Of a stretch of 64,000 nt of DNA, positions 27,321 to 41,057 are shown piece by piece. The notes below the pieces were generated by a model that had not been told where the DNA came from, did not search any database, and was given only the letters and a program-made list of their open reading frames with translations. A program made the position numbers and the translations under genes. The stretch comes from Tubulanus polymorphus (taxonomy: Eukaryota > Animalia > Nemertea): positions 2,832,778 to 2,896,777 of the forward strand of contig NC_134030.1 in NCBI RefSeq assembly GCF_964204645.1, written 5' to 3'. The first letter of the stretch is position 1. Each line of letters starts with the position of its first letter.

Positions 27321-28177
27321 TGGATTAGTTACAAATTGTCTCTTTACGTTCGTTTATCGTTCAGTTATATAAATTCTAGATGTTATTATTCTGTTTTGAT
27401 CGTATTATAATATATTCGTTATTTCACGGCTGGCTGCAGGAGACTATAGTTCGCACCACCCGGAAATAACGCCCACTCGTTTGTGGTGACATCCTACTGC
27501 GGGTTCGAGTCCCTATTTTACGAAGCTGGCGTATCGTACATTTTCTCTTGCCACCAAAAACAATTACTTTAACTGAAGAGTTGGATTCAGTATTATATAT
27601 TTTTATAACTAATCAAAAGAATTTATGATGTATTAATTCTTTCTTTAATGATAAAATCAAAAAGTGCAACATTTTTCACGAATGGTTCTATTCTATTCAG
27701 CGCTATGCAAAACGTGTATTATATACATGTTACTAAACTATTCCCTATTCTTAATTATATGGAATCGTAGAAAATTTGTTACATAATATTCGGTAAGGTC
27801 TATACTTTTTAATAATAGAGATTTGAAAAATCGATATGATTTCTTGAAGCTGTCCTGAGCCTATTATTTCTGGCGTTAATTGAGAATCCTGCGATACAAT
27901 TGTAAAAAACGAAGTGTTTCTAAAAATGGATATAAATACATTAACTTTATATTTACTTGTACAGATTTGCTATTTTTACGAGAAAAGATATATATTGTAA
28001 ATAAAACTGTCTCAGAAAAACAAATAGCGCCTAGATTCTTTTTATGATTGTTGAAGTCCGGTTTTCATGCGCACAGTTTAACCGAGGAATGGACCGTGGC
28101 TGGTCTGGCAATCACCATGTCAACAGTCCAATTATTGAGAGTCGTTGAATTCGAAAGAGATTCTGAACCAGACGAAA

Positions 28178-30897
28178 ATGATGACCGGTGATAATATTTC
28201 TCCGAGTGTTCTCGAAAAACATCTCGGAAAAGGAAACGGTAATCGATTAGAAACGACCGAATACGTTCATTCAAACGTAGACGACAATCAAAAGGGAGAT
28301 TTCAATAATTTGACGGACGCTGACGATTCTAGAAAAATCATCGATGAATTGCAAGAAAATAGACGCATTTCGGATTTCGTCGATGATATCATTTACAAGA
28401 GCGCTTTAGAAAACTGCGGTAGTTCCGATGCAGATTCTGAAGTCGAAAAGGCCGATGCCGCGGCGTCCACGACACCAACTTTACCAGCAGTTGAAGTGAG
28501 CATGTTTGATACCCTCGATTCCTCCCCACCACCAGTACCACCACCACCACCACCACCATACCAACTCAACGATGACAACCAACACGAGCAGGTATCGACT
28601 AAGAGCGAAGACTCGGATGAAGAAAGCTCCGTGACCTGCGGCGCACATCCGGACGGAAAGAAACAGGCGGACTGCCGAAAAAAATCAAAACCAAAGTGCG
28701 ATGAAGGTCCGTCGTCATCATTTCCTGACTCTCCGTGCACAGATTCTTTAGATCCTTTGATGTATTTGTTCAAGGGTAGGTTATTCACCATACTTGCATT
28801 AAAACTAAACAAAAACCACAAACTAGAAAACCATAATAGGCGTGCCTTTAAAACAGCAGATTACCTCATTGTTTGGCGACTCTCAAAACACAAGTTGGTG
28901 ACTCTTTTAGGCCTACAATGATCCTTTCGATTTCTCTGATACTTTTACTCGGTGTCAGGTCAAATCAGTTGAGGGAATATTTACAGTACAAATATGGTCG
29001 AATAAAGAGAGTCTCAGTATGAACGTACTGAGTAGGAAAATTGATATGTTCATAGTATAATCTCGGAGCAGACTCACAACAACATTTTTGAAGTTCACAA
29101 ATATCTTATTCAATTTACTTTGAATCTTCTACAACAACTGAATAATGTTTCACAGGAAGTGAATCGAGAATGACGGCCAAATCAGTCGACAAATACCGAC
29201 CTGTTCCCGAAAGTAAAAAGTGCAAGAAACGTCGGAAGCGGGCCTGTAAAGCAATGACCCCAGACTTGATGTTAGCTAAAGAGGCAGTAGATATAGAAAA
29301 CCGTTATAAAGTTCGAACAGAAATCCGTGAAATGGGAGATAGCGGAGAACAGACTGTTTACGTGGTGATTCCAGCGTCTAGATTCAGGTCAGCTTTTTTT
29401 TTCTCTTTTCTCTTTTATCAAAATTCTCCATTCTCTCATGGACCCCTTTCGGTGAGGACTTTTTGGATAGTCCTCGGTGCAGTTTCGGATGGATTGGGTG
29501 ATGTTTGGGGTCGGCTGCTTGTCCTTTCTGGTCCCATTGGGACCTTTATCGGGTGTGTGCTGCCGGGGGTGGGCGGGCTGGGCCGCCCGGAATGCTCTCG
29601 GGTCGGGTTGAAATAGACATTAGATTATATGCATTGTAGATTGTATTTTCAAGTTTAAAAAGTGACCGGCGGGGAGTGGTGTTCTTTGTAAATAGCTCAA
29701 ATGTTTCTCTCTCCTTTTATGTTATGTTATCATTTGTCAGTGTCTCTTTGTATTAATATTTTATTGCCGTGTCTGTCCTATGTAATTTTGTCGTTATACG
29801 GATGCAATAAATTTTGAATTGAATTAAATCGAATGTAATTGGTCAGCATATCATGAATTAATGTTCTATTAGAAAATTGGTTGATATTTTTGAAATCTAA
29901 AACCGTTGATAATCGTTCTATCTTCTGATAGATGTTGCGTGAATATGCACGTCGAAAAGGCTATAGGTGACGTCACAGAGCAATACGTACTGGAACAAGA
30001 CCGATTGAATAGAAAATACAACTCGATGTATGCGGAATACGTCAATGAATGCTGTAAGTTTTAATTGAATAAGTTGAATTGAATCAGTAAGATTTGTCCA
30101 CATCTGAATGAATGAATGAATGAATGAATGAATGGATTTATTTTTGCACTTCAAAATCAAAAGAATCTAAGCTGGGTACAGTTCCGCTGTTGTGAGGCCC
30201 CTGGTGGCTAACTATTTGAACTTGTTTCATGGCAGCGCCGCGCAAATTGACGGTTTGCATACACGCCATGTTTAGTTAGACCCACTACATACACATCATT
30301 CCAAATATTCGAAACGATATTCATTTCACACCTGACGATGGTTTCTAGTTAGAACGGTCATGACTTCTCTTATTTCAATAATATAATCTCTTATTTCAAC
30401 CTTCCATATTTGTATATAGTCTAATGGCTTTCAATCGTTATTATATATTGTCCGTGTTTGGGAGTGGCTATTCTTCTAGTTTGATGTTCATGTTTGTCAA
30501 GTCAGCGCCGCGATGGTCAAACGAATGATAGCTTCACATACACGGTGATTTCAAACAGGGGAAATCACTTGGCCATGCGCTGCGCTCTACTAATAGTGAT
30601 GTATGAATTATTCGTATACAATGATTTTATTCAATCTGTAGACGTTCGGACAACTATAGAAAAAGAAAGAGATTTATTGCAACGACGAGTTTATCAACTT
30701 GAAACGCAGGTATAACTAAACAAGTCATATTTAGCTCCTCATCTTTGGTTTATCGTAGATCGTGTTTTGAAGTCAGCTCATGCCATCCATTGCAGTTAAC
30801 CAACTCGAAAGTAGCGAAGAAGCGACGACAGCAAGCGAAAAAAGAGAGGCGCAGAATGCAGGAAAACATTGAAAACAACCCGGCCGATCACATCTAG
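28178..30897 (+). CDS. Uncharacterised protein (~370 aa) with an acidic/poly-Pro N-terminus and a basic coiled-coil C-terminus; exons 28178-28775, 29156-29387, 29932-30053, 30642-30709, 30796-30897
   Basis: Five exons join in frame with canonical GT-AG sites. Contains PPPVPPPPPPP, KKCKKRRKR and a heptad-like IEKERDLLQRRVYQLETQL...KKRRQQAKKERRR. Family not recognised. Confidence 0.65.
30105..30133. repeat. (TGAA)n microsatellite
   Basis: About seven TGAA units in an intron. Confidence 0.9.
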
Positions 30898-31561
30898 AAT
30901 CTAGACGCTGTTTCGAGGTAATGTTGGCATCAAAATGGTCAAAATGAGTTCAATCGCCAAATGAATGAGCAAAGATTAGTGAAAATATTGTGATCGTTCA
31001 TAGAGACGGAGAACGTTAAGACTATCTCTTTAATTCTGCAGCCCCTAGTACTGTCCACAAACAAAACTCCTTAGCCATTAAAACCTCAAAGATAAAACGT
31101 GTAAAGCCCGTAATAAACTTCGTAATTATACATAGAAAAATTGTTTTAACAATTGTGGTTGTTAAATTCATCATCTTATAAAATGACACACACGAATATA
31201 GAAAGTTTTACATTCGATCACAGAGTTCTTTGTGAAGGTAAAATGCCATCATTACATCGATCAATACTGACCACGAAATAATATTACCAGTTTATATCAA
31301 ATGTCTTGGCCGCATTCACTAAAACAAACACTTATTATCGCGGGAAAACAACAACACGCGGACGGTCGTTCAACTCGGGAATTACTCCTTCTCATCTTCA
31401 CAATAAATATATTCTTCATACAAAATTCCATTAGACGAACCGTTTAAAGGAATTGTTAAACAACTGACAAAAAAAATAAAACAAATCAAACCAGGACCCG
31501 GTAGAGTTTGAAGTTATAACTGATATGGGTTCTGGTCCAGAATGATATTACGTCTATCATC

Positions 31562-32522
31562 TCACAGATTCGAGAACAAGAATGGAAAACATGATTGTAG
31601 AATACGCATAAACCAACTGGGGCAAGTTTTCCCGGAGAGTTTATCTTTCCATATATCCATCAGATTTTCAGGGCTTAGTCTGTGCGTCGTGATGTAATCT
31701 TTCGATTCGCACCAATTTCTCGATGAAGACAACAAATTAATGCGACGATCGTCAATATGTTTTACACCTTTCATTTTACTAACTACAACACCCGTTAACC
31801 AGACATCTTCGTTGTTCATTAGTTTTGTTTCTAGAGCCGTTCTCCACAATTCGGGAATTATGTTCGCCGTAAAACCATACCCGGTACCGGAACAATAATC
31901 CGGGTAACGCGATAACGGCCACATTTTCCGACTAACATAAAATTTACTTTTAGGATTTCTGTCAACGCCCGGTCGCCTCACCAAGTAACACAAGAAATAT
32001 GCAGTTTGATCTGCGTGCGCATCTAACGCTGACGTATATTGCTCGGCGTCCAAATACATGTCATCGTCGACTTTGATGACGTACTTCACATTTCGGCAAA
32101 ATTCATAAACCCATTTCACCATAGCTCCCGATTTCATTGTCAATTTATAATACATTTCAATCATATTCATCTGTACGATATCACCGTATGTATCCATTTC
32201 TATGGACACAAACTTTTCCCAAAGTTGATCGGGAGATAATCCCAGCAAGAAAACATACCGAATATCACTAGTCGATTTGGCCCATGTTGCACGAATCGCC
32301 CGCCGTTGTTTATAGTTTTCCGAATGCGATATGATGACGACAACAGTTTTGGGGTTTCCCCGACACAATGTGGCATTGTTTTTAACGAATTTGATATCTC
32401 GCAAAGACCCGATATGAAATGACGGCGACCCCGTCATTTCCACTTCAGTCTGTATTACACCGAGCATTCCATAAATAAGATATAGTAAAACCAGACAAGC
32501 GGCTAGAACGATCCATCTAAAC
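31562..32522 (-). CDS. GT31 beta-1,3-galactosyltransferase-like, copy 1 (main exon; short first coding exon not located)
   Basis: Type II TM (RWIVLAACLVLLYLIYGML), RRAIRATW, YGDIVQ, LTMK, KVDDD (DxD), YPDYCSGTGY and EDVWLTG motifs of the GT31 family. Confidence 0.92.
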
Positions 32523-35126
32523 CTGAAAAAAAAAACAACAACAGAATTCAAAATAATTTTTTTACTGTTAATGTACGTGCATCACAATGGCATGTGTAAA
32601 AATATATCAATTCAATCGTACATAATCAGAATATAATCAGAAGGTTAAATTCGATTCAACCATTTTCTGCTAACTAGATACAACATTTTGGTCATACGTC
32701 ACACTGCTGATTTTGAAAGGACTAAATTCGCTATTCAGTCGACCACTCAATTCGGTCAAATCTAAGACGTTTCTGAAAGATTCGATTTATATCCAAATTC
32801 GTATTCAACAAAGCGTTGGACATAGACGAAATGAAACGACTCAATGGCCGTGGTTTAGCCCCCCCCGGCGTTAGAAAGAAACGGGTGGTCACGAAAACCT
32901 AAAGGAAATCTTTAATCGCCACAGTTATTCAGTGTATATGGTACCGTAGTACATTGAGATATACATGTTATTGGAGTAATTTTTTTATCAAGATAAACAT
33001 AATACCAACTACTCATTGAATTCATTCCATTACTTATTTCATTTCAACATGACAGACGTTCTAAGAATGTTCAATGCACCCTAAGCAGACAGGCATTGCC
33101 CTATAGCCAAAAGGTGCCTCGAAGATGTCGCTAGTTTGATTGCCACTTTCCCGACATATTCTATGCATATTACTCGCTAGAACAGATTCTCTTTTAAAGC
33201 TTTTCATTTCGAAAATAAAATCTTATACTTATATGTATTCAAATTCACCAGCTGCGAAGGCCTGTCTATTTGCTTAACATACATTACATACGGCAAATCC
33301 AATTCATACAAATAACAATTATTTGATTAAGGTACAAGGTTTTCAAATCGCGAAGCCATTTCAACGATTTTATAAAACTGATTTTAAAACAAATGGCGAA
33401 GCTTGTGTTTCGGGAACAACTTAATTAAGCCTGTCAAAGTAAATTCCTATTCGATACTAGTTTCATGATTTACCATTGATAATAATTGTCTGATTTATCA
33501 AATTCAAATAATACTATCTATTGATTATATTGGCGCTATTTGACGTCATCGCTGACGGCATATAGCTGAGCTGAACCATGCTGTATGTAGACTAAGCATA
33601 CGAATGTTTACTACAATCATTACTTATCAGCGCTGTTACAACAAACCTATTCAGCAGAATTGCACCGTAGTTGATCTGATAATCCAATATATTTTACCTT
33701 TTAAACACGATGTAACCCCATATCTTTTTCATCCTCAGTCTCGTATCGAAGCCGTTTTATGCGTGACAATTAGCGCCGTCAGGAAACTCGTCTAGTCGGT
33801 ATTGAGGCTATATGCCTGTATGCTTGCTGTGGAACGAGTGTCGACAATGCATGTATGATGAGACGTGCCGTAGCGCGCGTCATGTCTGACCAAATAAATG
33901 CACGCAATGTTCGAAATTAATCGACGAAAGACGTAGTATATAGACTAATGAATGGAGGTACAATCAAATAGGTTTTCACAGTATGTATTTTCAATAAAAC
34001 CCTTGAAAATGGTCGATACGGATTAAACGAACCGGTATTCTTCACTTCCCGAACTGACACTGCATTAATAAAAGTAGAAGATGTTCAACTCCTACGAGTC
34101 GCCGAACGGTCGTAGCTCATAGACTCAGATCGACTAGAATCAGCGACGGTCGGCAGTAGTCGCCGGAAACCAGTCGCCGACCAGTTGAGTCGCGTCGTAA
34201 GGTCGATCTGAGGGTAAAGAGTGAGAAACTATCGCTGATAAATGAAAACAAACCAACTTTTAGGAAAGATTTTTGTTTATTTCTGAATACAAGTTACTTA
34301 TCCTAGAATGAAATAAATTATAATTGAAATGAGTCACTGAAGTCGGAAGTCATTTGACTTGATAGTTAGGCTATTCATTTCTACTAATTTTGCGTTCGCC
34401 GTAGCGAGAGTTAAGCCTCATAGGGCGTAGTACTCTTTTATCACCTCCGAAGTCTCCGCCCGAAATCTCCGGTTGGCTCCACACAAAATCCGAATCACAC
34501 CACCTCGACAGAAAGGAGGTTTCGGAGACTCCAAAAAGTCACGTGACCAAAAAAGGAGTACGATTGGAGGCAAACGGATTCTCCGATTTGATAAAAGAGT
34601 TCGCCCATAGATGGCGTCTCCGCACGATAGCCACCAAACCATAACGGTAGTCCAATTTCAATTTCATTAATTTCAGTCCACGTTCTGAAATAGCGGAGCG
34701 GAGTCCGTGAGCATCTCCGGCAACTGTCATTACCTATTTTTTTCTGAGGATTACTTTTTTCGTGTAGTGGTGCCAGTCATCAAATCAGGTTACAATCCAA
34801 ACAATGCAATGTTTTTAATTTTCAATAACTCCCTTCCTATCGCATGTTGTCGTGGTTCAAGTACATGAGCTTGCTACTGCACTAATAAATGAATGTATAT
34901 CGCTTTTTGCGCATTTATCTCAAATTTCTATTTTAAATTTGTCAAAATATCCTCACCATCTGACTGTGAAAGACCCCCGTAACGACGATAAACGCCTGGG
35001 GAATTACCCTGGGACCACTGGTCAAATTTGGACCTAGTACCTAGCCGTCGTTCCACAAACAACCCGTTGTATGGAACCGGTAACATCAACGACTGGTATT
35101 CAGACTAATTTGGACCGGGAGTGAAT

Positions 35127-35443
35127 CATCTTCACCCGTCAAGGGATTCGAACCCACTCTGCTAAAGCCGTTCTCCGAACCCCTTGACCTCACGAGTCGT
35201 TGGAGTCGTCACTAGCCGACCAGAATCAGGTCGGGCCAATCACAGCGCTTGTTACAAACGACATTAGGCATCTATGGAATTTCCCGGTAAATGGACCAAT
35301 CAGCGAACACGTAGTGAACGCGGAAGTATTGTCGCGTGTCGATGTATGACGCAAAAGCGCCAGTAATGAAATCGCGTCTCGTGAGGCCAGGGGGCTGGTG
35401 AAAGCGAGTTCGGGAGCGATACCGGACCCCTGGCAAGCGAGGA
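35127..35443. repeat. ~320-bp interspersed repeat, copy 1 (B-box-like terminus, internal GC hairpin)
   Basis: Direct repeat of 37594-37916. Confidence 0.85.
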
Positions 35444-35486
35444 CGGGAGTGAATGAAAGGCCGTTACAACCACTATGTGACCGGAG

Positions 35487-36812
35487 TTATAACCAAACCT
35501 CTTCTCTTTCAGTCGTTTCATACCGTCGCGGTATATCAGTTGTAGACGCGCTACGAGTTCGATTTCGTTCGATACTCGTGATATTGTTCGGTAGCTCATT
35601 TTCCGCTATCGAAACCGATCTTGGTCTGGAATTTTGTTCAGTAGCCGCCATTTCGCCCGTTGAACCGAGTGGCGGTAGATCTTTAGCTAGTCTCGTGGCC
35701 GCGCTCTTGCGTCTGACCGGTGCTGTCGGTATTCGAGAATTGAACACGCCAGCCGGCGAATTGCGATTAAACGTTGAACTGCGCCTGCGCGTAGCTTCCG
35801 ATGGAGTTAAAGGTCTTCCTGTCGGTGATATAGGTGGCGACTCCCGCAGAGGGGATGTATCCCTCGACTTAGCGGTCGGTGGTGGTATAGAGGGCGCTAC
35901 AGGTGGTGGTAACGTGGTTCTCGCTGCCGATGACCTGCGTCTAGCCGGCGCTATAGGTGGTGGACCCTCGTCATCCGATAAATCAATTTTCGTCGACACT
36001 GGCGGCGGTTGTGGTGTCGGAGGCGGTTGGTTGATTCTCGTCGAAACGACGCTTATAATCGGAGATAATCGACTTCCTGTTGCCGCGGATTCGGAGTTTG
36101 TGTTGAAATGTGAACTTTCAGTTTGATATTTCGGTTCCGTATAACCGTTATAATTCTGATAGCTGACTAACGGAGTTGTTTCGTCCTCGCTGGTCGAGGT
36201 GGTCAGTCCCCGATTGTCCCGATGTGAGCGATATTTTTTCGAAACGAATTCGGGCGACGGTTTTTCCCGACGGGTACCGCCGCCGCCGCTGCTTGTCACC
36301 GGTAAAAGGGATGCCCGCTGAATACGGCGTATTTTACATACTAAAAATACGAGAATGCAGAATAAAGCCACCACTAAAACTAACGCGATTATCGAAACGA
36401 TGGCGACGATTTCAGAATTGTTGCTCACCCACGTGACAACATTTTGCCACCAAGCGGGCCCACCTGAAATTGTAAAAATATCAAAGAACATTATTTTGGA
36501 AATTGATCTTAGCTCCAACATCACAATACAAGTGCCCGTTCACACAATTTTGTGAATTTTCTACCCATAACAGTTCTAAAAATCTTCTATGGTATTTCAT
36601 TGAACCCACTTTATCTACTGACCATCACAATACCCGAACTAATTTCGTTTTAGACAAGCAATGAAAAAATATTTCATATGAATGAGACTGATTTCATAGT
36701 ATATGAACTATTGAACAATGTTTCTTTGACGATGTTGAATGATAACTGCCATTATCAGTTTGATTTTAAACTTACTTATGCCGGAGTCACCCATGAGAGA
36801 TGGTAGTTCCAT
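35487..36812 (-). CDS. Single-pass membrane protein (~337 aa) with a short ectodomain and a Pro/Ser/Arg-rich cytoplasmic tail; exons 36776-36812 and 35487-36463
   Basis: MELPSLMGDSGI|SGPAWW... joins in frame. One strongly hydrophobic helix (IVAIVSIIALVLVVALFCILVFLVC) is followed by KIRR, then multiple PxxP motifs, tyrosines (YQNY, YTEP) and a C-terminal EVWL. Confidence 0.75.
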
Positions 36813-37593
36813 TGATATCTAAACACAAACATATGAATCAACACTTATTAGTCCATGGTTTCCTCATGTGGAACACTGACGACAAATATTGAATTGATTT
36901 CTAAAAAGAAAAAGAAAATATGTTATTGGAAAATAGATTTTGTTGCCTAAAACGATTATGTCAAGAATTAAATCTTGTCTCAGACTATACGAATTAAGTC
37001 CAAAGTCCATATTCTGAACATATTTCCATGTTTAGGGAAGTAGAGATTTGGAGACCTTCACTTCACTTCACTTCAGAGCTATCTATTCCCTACCCGTGTT
37101 TGGTCAATCATCAACTCAGAGACCGTGACCGCCGCGACCAGCACCAATCACTCGATTCATTTCAATTAGTGAAGAATACAGAGAAAAATAATATTCTTAC
37201 CTTTGTATTTCCGTGTCTCGCTATGTTAGTCTTACACATATCTGTATACGTTTCTTATCATTCAGGTTATTGCGTTTGGAAAAGTTTTACATTCGCTACT
37301 ATCAGGTCAACTTTCGATCTTGTTTACTCCTGTGACGCGCAAATTAATTTTTGACTCAGTGGCTTGAGACGGAATAATCAGTAATTATAATGTATCTAAA
37401 CTAACTTCTTTTTTCGATCCCCCTCTCCCTCTTAAAAGGAAAACTGCAATAACACAGTTTACCTAATTTTTTCTAACAACGAATAAGAAAATAAGTAGAA
37501 TCATAGTCTAGCAATTCGAGTTTTCCTACGGATAATCATTTCAGAAACCGATATATTGAAAACAAAGAACTCATCAAAACATGGGGTTCGTAG

Positions 37594-37916
37594 CATCTTC
37601 ACCCGTCAAGGGATTCGAACCCACTACGCTAAAGCTGTTCCCCGAACCCCTTGACCTCACGAGTCGTTGGAGTCGTTACTAGCCGACCAGAATCCGGTCG
37701 TACCAATCACAGCGCTTATAACAAACCGTCAGTAGACTTCTGTTGGTTTTCCCGTTATTGACCAATCAGCGAACGTTTTACCGAACAAGGAAATATTTCG
37801 CAAATCGATATATGACGTCACGCGCGACAGCGCCAGTAATGAAATCACGCTTCGTGAGGCCAGGGGGCTGGTGGAAGCGAGTTCGGGAGTGATACCGGAC
37901 CCCTGGCAAGCGAGGA
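37594..37916. repeat. ~320-bp interspersed repeat, copy 2
   Basis: catcttcacccgtcaagggattcgaaccc...cccctggcaagcgagga is shared with 35127-35443. Confidence 0.85.
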
Positions 37917-39299
37917 TTGGTTCGTAGTGCTGTAATAGAAGTCCGATCGGTGTCTTTATCAGACACGATGGCAGTTTGTTTGTTTGTGTGTTCGTTTTTG
38001 CTTTACATGCGGATCCGTTGGTAGTATTTCTAACCTCTCATGTTGCCCGCACACTAGTGTAAGCAGGGCGGGATTCGTACCCTCATCCGCTTATTGCCAG
38101 CACTGGTTGTAGACTGGTTACCGGTGTCTAATTTCCAGGCGCACTAGACTGGTTGCCGGTCTTTACATTCTTCACTATTCCTGACTGGCGAATACAGGTG
38201 ACAGGCGACCAGTCTTAGAAGCGCATTTGTTTGAAATCGGTTCGTAGAAACCGGTTTATATCGTGTCCCAAACCGGTTAGTGAGAAGAAATGCGGTGATC
38301 TGAGTTAGCTTACCTACCGGCGGTAAGTTCCCGCCTTAGTCGAAAGTCGGTTTGACTCAGTGATGTTGTTTATCAGTACCGCCGGGTTATAAACCGGTAA
38401 GAATACAAGACGATTTTCCTACAAACCGGACGTGTGCAAACCCGATATTAAACGAATGCGCGACTGCGAATGCAGCGCACTGTGATAACTGAATGCAACA
38501 GCATCACCGCCTTTATCTCAGTCAGTGCGCGCAACTGGATGCTGCCACATGCAGTATGTAACAGCGCAGCGCATTAACCGGATTCGATAGCGAGTGTGAA
38601 ACGTTCATAACGACATGTTGTGCACGATTAGCGCCCGGTATACAATCGCCTGAACAAGAACCATTATGCACGAAAAGGAGGACTGGTTTTTTTGTGAACA
38701 TCTACACATTGTATACCTGTATGGAATGTGTCATGATTAGTTGCTGTATTGAACGACGCTACGATAATAAAATCCGACGATGAATTTTTTTTGTGCGAGC
38801 AATGCGTTCCTACACACATAGACATACACGTACGAACACTTCTTACACGTGGAAACTAATGAGATACCAGCTGTTTACGAGACACAAGCTGTGACAAGAA
38901 AATATTGGATAGTGGAACAACGTCTTGAACATGAACATCAACGTACGCTTAATCTTTCGCCGTTACATTGCCTTCTTGAACTGGGGCAACATGCATTATC
39001 CAAGGTTCGTAGTTTCTACGATTGAGATGATTACTTGCAGGTAGTTTTAATCACAGGGACTTGTCACAATTGATAGTGAATGAATAAAACCAATATCAAT
39101 GACCAGGTCCACTATCCCTGTATAATAAAAAAACTGTTATTTTTTATACAGTTGCAGGGATACTGGTACCCCCATCATTGGTCTCATCCATTATCAATCG
39201 TGACTCCCTGTGGTTTTTTGATCTTAAAATAGGGATTGTCCCTGTTGTTTATTTGGTTTGTAAATTTCGTTAGATTTTTTGATTGAGTGTCCCTTACAG

Positions 39300-39461
39300 A
39301 CCCACCACACCTGCCGGGAGCGAAACAGGGGGTTTGATTTGGAAATCGGAAATCGAAGTACAGATATAGTTGTTTGCTCGGCGGTCTAATTTACAGAATT
39401 TTCTTTTTTAAATCGAAGTACATAATTGGAAATTCGGTTCCGGTTCATTCAAACAATCTTC
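39300..39461. repeat. ~160-bp repeat duplicated at 40120-40271
   Basis: cccaccacacctgccggga...ggtttgattt...gtacagatatagt...ttccggttc.ttcaaacaatctt in both places. Confidence 0.7.
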
Positions 39462-41015
39462 CAAGCAGTCTGAAACGGCAAGCGACTGATTTGGATGAAT
39501 TTTCCTGGCTGCCTAATTTAATACATCAAGATTTTGGGAATAGCTAATTACAAGGGTGAAGATCATTTTGTCCATTTTTATATTTTTTTGGTCGTTTTCT
39601 ACTCCCTGTGGTTTTAACGAACATGTATATACATATATATCTGATTTTAGTTTCATCGTAGACTAAATAAAAGTAGTAGTAGTAGTTGAATCTTAATCAT
39701 TTGAAAAAGTAGTCGACAGTTCTTTCTGATACAAATTTGGCCGTAAAAGGTGGCGATTAGATATATTTCGTCTATGCAATCGCAGAGGAAAGTATTGTAG
39801 CTGTCGATGCAGGTTACGTACAATCCATATTCCTGTTGTTGGTATTGACATTAGTCTAGTACCTAGCCGTCGTTCTACAAACAACAGTTGTAGGGAACCG
39901 GTAACAACGACTGGTATTCAGACTAGTATTTACATGTTTTATTCTGACGACAAATGTTACATATTGCCGCGTGGCATGTATACGATATTAATATATTGCG
40001 TGAGGCGGATGTAATCGCTTATTGTTTGTTGGCTGCCTTTTTTTTTACATCGAAATAGAGATCGACTCGTTTGATTGGTCGATTTGGTCTTATATTTTTG
40101 ATTTGTTATCCCTAACAAACCCACCACACCTGCCGGGAATAGATGAGGGGTTTGATTTTGAATTCGGAAATCGAAAGTACAGATATAGTCGTGTGATCGG
40201 CGGGCGAAATTACGGAATGTTTTGCTAAATCGAAGTTGGGAAATTCAATTCCGGTTCGTTCAAACAATCTTCGAGGCGATTGGACGTCATGACTCATAAC
40301 TGTGGAAATGCATGTCCTGAAATTGAGTGCAGTTTGTTTCTGTGTCTATTCATGTATAAACCTATATTTACATACGATCAAGCCGGTTTTGACTATTATT
40401 ATATTTTGTATGTTTGCACCTCAGTTATGGGGGGTGAATAAATAGTTTGCAGTTTGTTCAGTTTTCACTTTTGTTTTTACATCCCGCCTACGTATACGCG
40501 TTTTTGGCAATAGTAAGGCTAGAAAACTGATACCTGTTTCTCATTTCTGATGAGTTTTAAAGTTGACCCGGCCGGCCGCCTATCTACATTTTCAAGCTAA
40601 CAATTACCGACCCGATAGTTATAGAAATGAACTAATTACAAATTTTACTGCAGTTTCCAAAATGTCCCGGCTGATTAGGAGAAACAATTAATCATTGTAT
40701 GTTAGCCTAAACGGGTGTCAAATATGAAATTATCTTTGAATGGAAGTATTTTTATTTTTCATAAACTGGTTTAATGACTTTTTAAAAAGTTGCTGCATAC
40801 GTTGCATTTTCTCGGTCTGGGCAGAATCTCTTTTGGTAGGATTGTGAACTCTGTGATACGTCGAGAGGTCTGATTGTGGTCGGGTATTCTGAACAAGAAC
40901 ACCCACACACATTATAGTTGTCGAATAAACACTATAATCCAAGTAAACTGTAGATAAATGAAGAAATCCCACACTTCTAATTTGAAATTATACTATCAAA
41001 TTTATTATTACGAAA

Positions 41016-41057
41016 CTACAACGTTTCGGCTGTTGACTAACAGCCATCATCAGGTGG
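41016..41057 (-). ncRNA. Minimal hammerhead ribozyme motif (third family)
   Basis: Minus strand CCAC-CTGATGA-T-GGCTGTT agtc AACAGCC-GAAAC-GTT-GTAG. A mutated relative lies at 23088-23130 (+). Confidence 0.65.

Noticed and set aside
35398-36126. 242-aa plus-strand ORF
   Set aside because: Antisense shadow of the GC-rich, Pro-rich minus-strand exon; no splice or motif support.
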